From Selaginella moellendorffii (Eukaryota > Plantae > Lycopodiophyta): a stretch of DNA of 64,000 nucleotides. The position numbers and the translations under genes are program-made. The notes below the pieces were generated by a model that saw nothing but the letters and a program-made list of their open reading frames with translations, had not been told where the DNA came from and did not search any database. The DNA is taken from contig NW_003314344.1 of NCBI RefSeq assembly GCF_000143415.4, positions 504,336 to 568,335 on the forward strand, written 5' to 3'. This document shows, in pieces, positions 60,769-64,000 of this stretch (position 1 is its first letter; each line of letters starts with the position of its first letter).

Positions 60769-62573
60769 TGTAAGCGACTAAATTTTCCATTCTACTTTAG
60801 TCACTTAACCACACCTTCAACCACTTGGAGGAGTCTCACTCACAACCTCCATAAGTCCTATTTCAGACTTGGGCTTGCTAGCCCCGAGAATGGCATCCCT
60901 GCCACTCAACCTTTGCACTTGATCCAAGTGCTCCACGTGTCCGATCCTATGACCGACACCCCAAGGCACCACCGACATATCATCCCGTTACGCTAAGGCC
61001 ATGCCCCTTTACCTTGGTCACACCGGTGGACTAACACCATCTGCATCACAGTCCCATCTCTCAAGGACTGGGCCATCCATCCGTGAGTGATCATTCCAGA
61101 TCCACTCCTTAGCATCCTTAGGATGCCCACAGACATGGGGAATAGCCTTCCCCAATATCCCTTTTCCGGTCTTCACCAAGTCCCTTTCTGCCCATGGCCG
61201 TGTTCGCCAACACTGCCACTGGATCAAGGCCCACCGGCCCGACCACTAAGTCCCAGGGTCCTTTGGGACTTCCTCACCACTTGACTGCATCCTTGGTCAC
61301 TACACCAGAGGACTACTCCTCCCCCTTTCCACAGTCTAGGCCTTTGGGACAACATTTCGGAACACCGTGGCCCTACGCGGGCCTCATGGGTACTCTCCCC
61401 GCCTTTCGCCTTTGGGTGCTCTAGCCATGGGCTTAGAGCGAGGTTCCGTTGAGCCACGCCTGGTATCCAAGTAGGTAGTGCCACCCACACTTGGACTGGG
61501 AGCATCGGCCAGTCGATCTCCCGGGGGAACTAGAGACGGCTCTTGAACACTTCACCAAGCTACCCCACTTGTCGGTCCGTGTTCACTCTAGTCTTGGACT
61601 TCCCAGTGGTCAGCTCATCACCCAACACTGGGTCTGGCCTTCCTGGGCCCAACTGGCCTTTCCTGGGCCAAACTGGCCTTTCCTGGCCAAACTGGCTCCA
61701 CTGGGCTCTAACCCCCACACTCTCCCTACTATACTTTTGGAACCCCCCGCAGCCCCCCCCCCCCCCCCCCCCCTGGGGGACGATCGCTTTGGGCTTTCAC
61801 CCAACTGCCTGTATTAGTATTCGGACTCGGACTCGGGCTCGAACTCGGACTCGGACTCGGTCTCGGTCCCGGTTTCGGACTCGGACTCGGTCTCGGTCTC
61901 GGCTTCGGCCTCAGTCTTGGTCTCGGTCTCGGGTCCATCTCGGACTCCATCTCAGACTCCATCTTGGGTCCATCTCGGACTCCATCTCGGGTCCATCTCG
62001 GACTCCATCTCGGGTCCATCTCGGACTCGATCTCGGACTCCATCTCGGACTCCATCTCGGACTCCATATCGGACTCCGTCTCGGTCCATCTCGGACTCCA
62101 TCTCGGGTCCATCTCGGACTTGATCTCGGACTCCATCTCGGACTCCATTTCGGGTCCATCTCAGACTCCATATCGGACTCCGTCTCGGTCCATCTCGGAC
62201 TCCATCTCGGGTCCATCTCGGGTCCACCTCGGACTCCACTTCGGGTCCATCTCGGACTCCATCTCGGACTCCATATCGGACTCCATCTCGGACTCCACTT
62301 CGGACTCCACTTCGGGTCCACCTCAGACCCCATCTCGGACACTTCCACGTGTCATGTGTTGGTCCTTTCTGGGTCTCTTTTTGGAGCCTTGCTTATTGGT
62401 TGCCTCGTGCTTGCTCCTCGAGCACTTTGTTAGGAGTTCCACTCCCGCTCTCGACCTTCCAAGTCTGAGCTTTTAGTCCAAACGTGTTATGCTCGTTTGG
62501 CTTTCGCTTCGGCCACTACCACGTGGCACCCTTTCTGGCTCCACTTTGGGGCCTAGGGATTTTGTGTCTCACA
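60769..62573 (-). repeat. 5' LTR (1805 bp)
   Basis: TG...CA ends, adjacent to the PBS, followed by TSD CCCTG. Confidence 0.95.
61820..62340. repeat. LTR-internal tandem array (complete copy)
   Basis: Same 6-mer then 11/12-mer units as 55980-56350. Preceded on + by a poly-C run at ~61743-61773. Confidence 0.95.
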
Positions 62574-63909
62574 CCCTGCTCAACCAACGTGTCTGCTGGA
62601 TCCGCAACACCTTCAGCACCTTGAAGTCTAGCTCGTCCTGTAGTGCCTGTAGCTGCTGCAACCTGCTAGAACTCCTTGAGAAAAAACTGGCTACCTTGTT
62701 CACCACCTGATCCACTTCATCGCAAAGATTATGAACTGCTGGATTCTTGTAGACGTCCTCCACACATAAGTTAGCTCTGTGTGAAAGACAATGTGTGGAG
62801 GTCATGAATGGATTGACCTCCTTCAACCTTGCTGCAACCCCTATCCTGTTTCCTGTCATAACATTGCAGCCGTCTGAACCAAACCCCACGAACCTACTCA
62901 TATCCAGCCCCCAATCCTGCAATGAAGCTATGGTGGTGTTAAAAATCACCTCTGCAGAACTATTGTTCACCATTGACAAGCCTAAATAGCTTGTCAACAC
63001 CCTTGCGTCGTGGATGTAGGTCACGTAAAAGATGAGGTGTTTACTGATACTGCATTAACAAATTTAGAACCAAGAATATCACTAATCAGCTTTACCTTAT
63101 ATCCGTGCTCTCATCTAGCATTATTCCAAAGAATGGGCTAGCTTTAACTTTCTCCAAAATTTGATCTAAGAGCACCTACACAACAAAATTCAGTCAAGGT
63201 TTATCATCAGACTTTAGCTCACCTTGTTGATGAAAGTGATGAAGCGTGAGCAGGCCATCACGTTCTTGTACATGCTAGGAACATAAACTCCGTTCAACTG
63301 TTGTAGCTCCAGAAGCAATGGGTATTTGCGAAGAGGAACAAAACCTTGTGCAATAGCATAAGCAGTCCTAAACAAGCAAATAACTCCCTTCTCTGCTGCC
63401 TCTTGTTGCTGATCATTTGCAGCTGCCATGGAGGATTGACCGCCAGCTTTCACCTCAGCTATGTAAATGGAATGCTTGTGATCTTTTGTTTGCCCATGAG
63501 CATGGAAACTTGAAGTCTTCATGTTGGTGGAACCTGATGTACCAAATGGATTCTTGCAATTCTTGTTGGCACGGCATATTGAGCAGAAGATCAGTGCTGT
63601 AATGCAAGTAGGATTAGATGAAAAATCAAGAAAATTATTACCATTTTTCTGATCAAAATGCAACCACCACCATTTTATGACCTATGCAAGTTGCCACTTC
63701 CCCCTACGAATTTTCTTCTCCTTCTCCTCTACTGATGCAACATCACCTTCTCCCACTTCACATCCCTCCTCAGGTTCAGTCCCCTCTAGGTTGTCCTCAT
63801 CTACAAAACCTCCTCTCTCCACAATGGGGGCAAAACTTAACAAAGATTGCTTTGATTGAGCAATGGCTTTTGCAGCAGCCTTGCTCCTACCTGCAGGCAC
63901 CCTTCCCAT
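62574..63909 (-). pseudogene. hAT transposase, N-terminal half (Zn-finger-like region and catalytic core), 2 introns, one nonsense codon
   Basis: ATG 63909 (or 63951). WL.FD...IFCSIC..H...H finger. Introns 63176-63222 and 63050-63095 give FFGIMLDESTDIS. Also FGSDG, HCLSH and TRWLS. In-frame TAG at 63682-63684. Confidence 0.9.
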
Positions 63910-64000
63910 TTCCCAGATGATCTCCCCACCAAAATCTATGTTCACGCCCATGCCCACACCCACGTGAACATTGTGAAAGAATATTCTAACCTTAGAGCCC

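Larger units (their letters stand above)
54947..62573 (-). mobile_element. LTR retroelement, apparently non-autonomous (~7.6 kb, ~1.8-kb LTRs)
   Basis: TG...CA LTRs at 54947-56714 and 60769-62573. 5-bp TSD CCCTG at 54942-54946 and 62574-62578. PBS and PPT on the minus strand. No gag/pol-sized ORF in 56715-60768. Confidence 0.95.
53779..64000 (-). mobile_element. hAT-superfamily DNA transposon (other end outside window), interrupted by an LTR element
   Basis: hAT transposase inside. A candidate terminus CAGTGTGTAAC at 53779 sits where GT47 similarity stops. The partner TIR and TSD are not visible. Confidence 0.75.

Noticed and set aside
61820-62340. CRISPR-like appearance of the repeat array
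   Set aside because: No unique spacers, 6-12-bp units, eukaryotic LTR context.

Overview
Eukaryotic nuclear DNA from a gene-dense land plant with very short (45-65 nt) introns and tandem 31-aa 'SS-type' PLS-PPR genes. This fits the lycophyte Selaginella, which is an inference and was not checked. Bases 1-48.8 kb are gene-rich: an EF-hand/EEP phosphodiesterase (5'-truncated), a BT1 folate/biopterin transporter, NO VEIN-like, a kelch gene with an unusual last exon, HCF173, a small AT-hook protein, three PPR-E genes, a small H1/poly-Arg ORF, a ZIP transporter, an FCP1/SCP-type HAD phosphatase with a dead tandem copy, a giant NET4-like coiled-coil protein, a proteasome alpha subunit and a UGT. 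PPR and 2OG-dioxygenase pseudogenes are scattered among these. Bases 49-53.4 kb are AT-rich decayed repeat DNA containing a perfect 35-bp hairpin. Bases 53.4-64 kb hold three nested layers: a GT47 remnant cut by a hAT DNA transposon, whose transposase is split by a young non-autonomous LTR retroelement (5-bp TSD, PBS and PPT all visible). Best candidates for novelty are (1) a linker-histone-H1-derived protamine-like gene at 25139-25516, (2) an intact kelch propeller fused to a Crinkler-like Ubl plus degenerate REase module at 14896-17412, and (3) a dense island of hairpins, including a tRNA T-arm mimic, inside the otherwise non-coding LTR element at 57890-58295. All calls are by eye, with no database searches.
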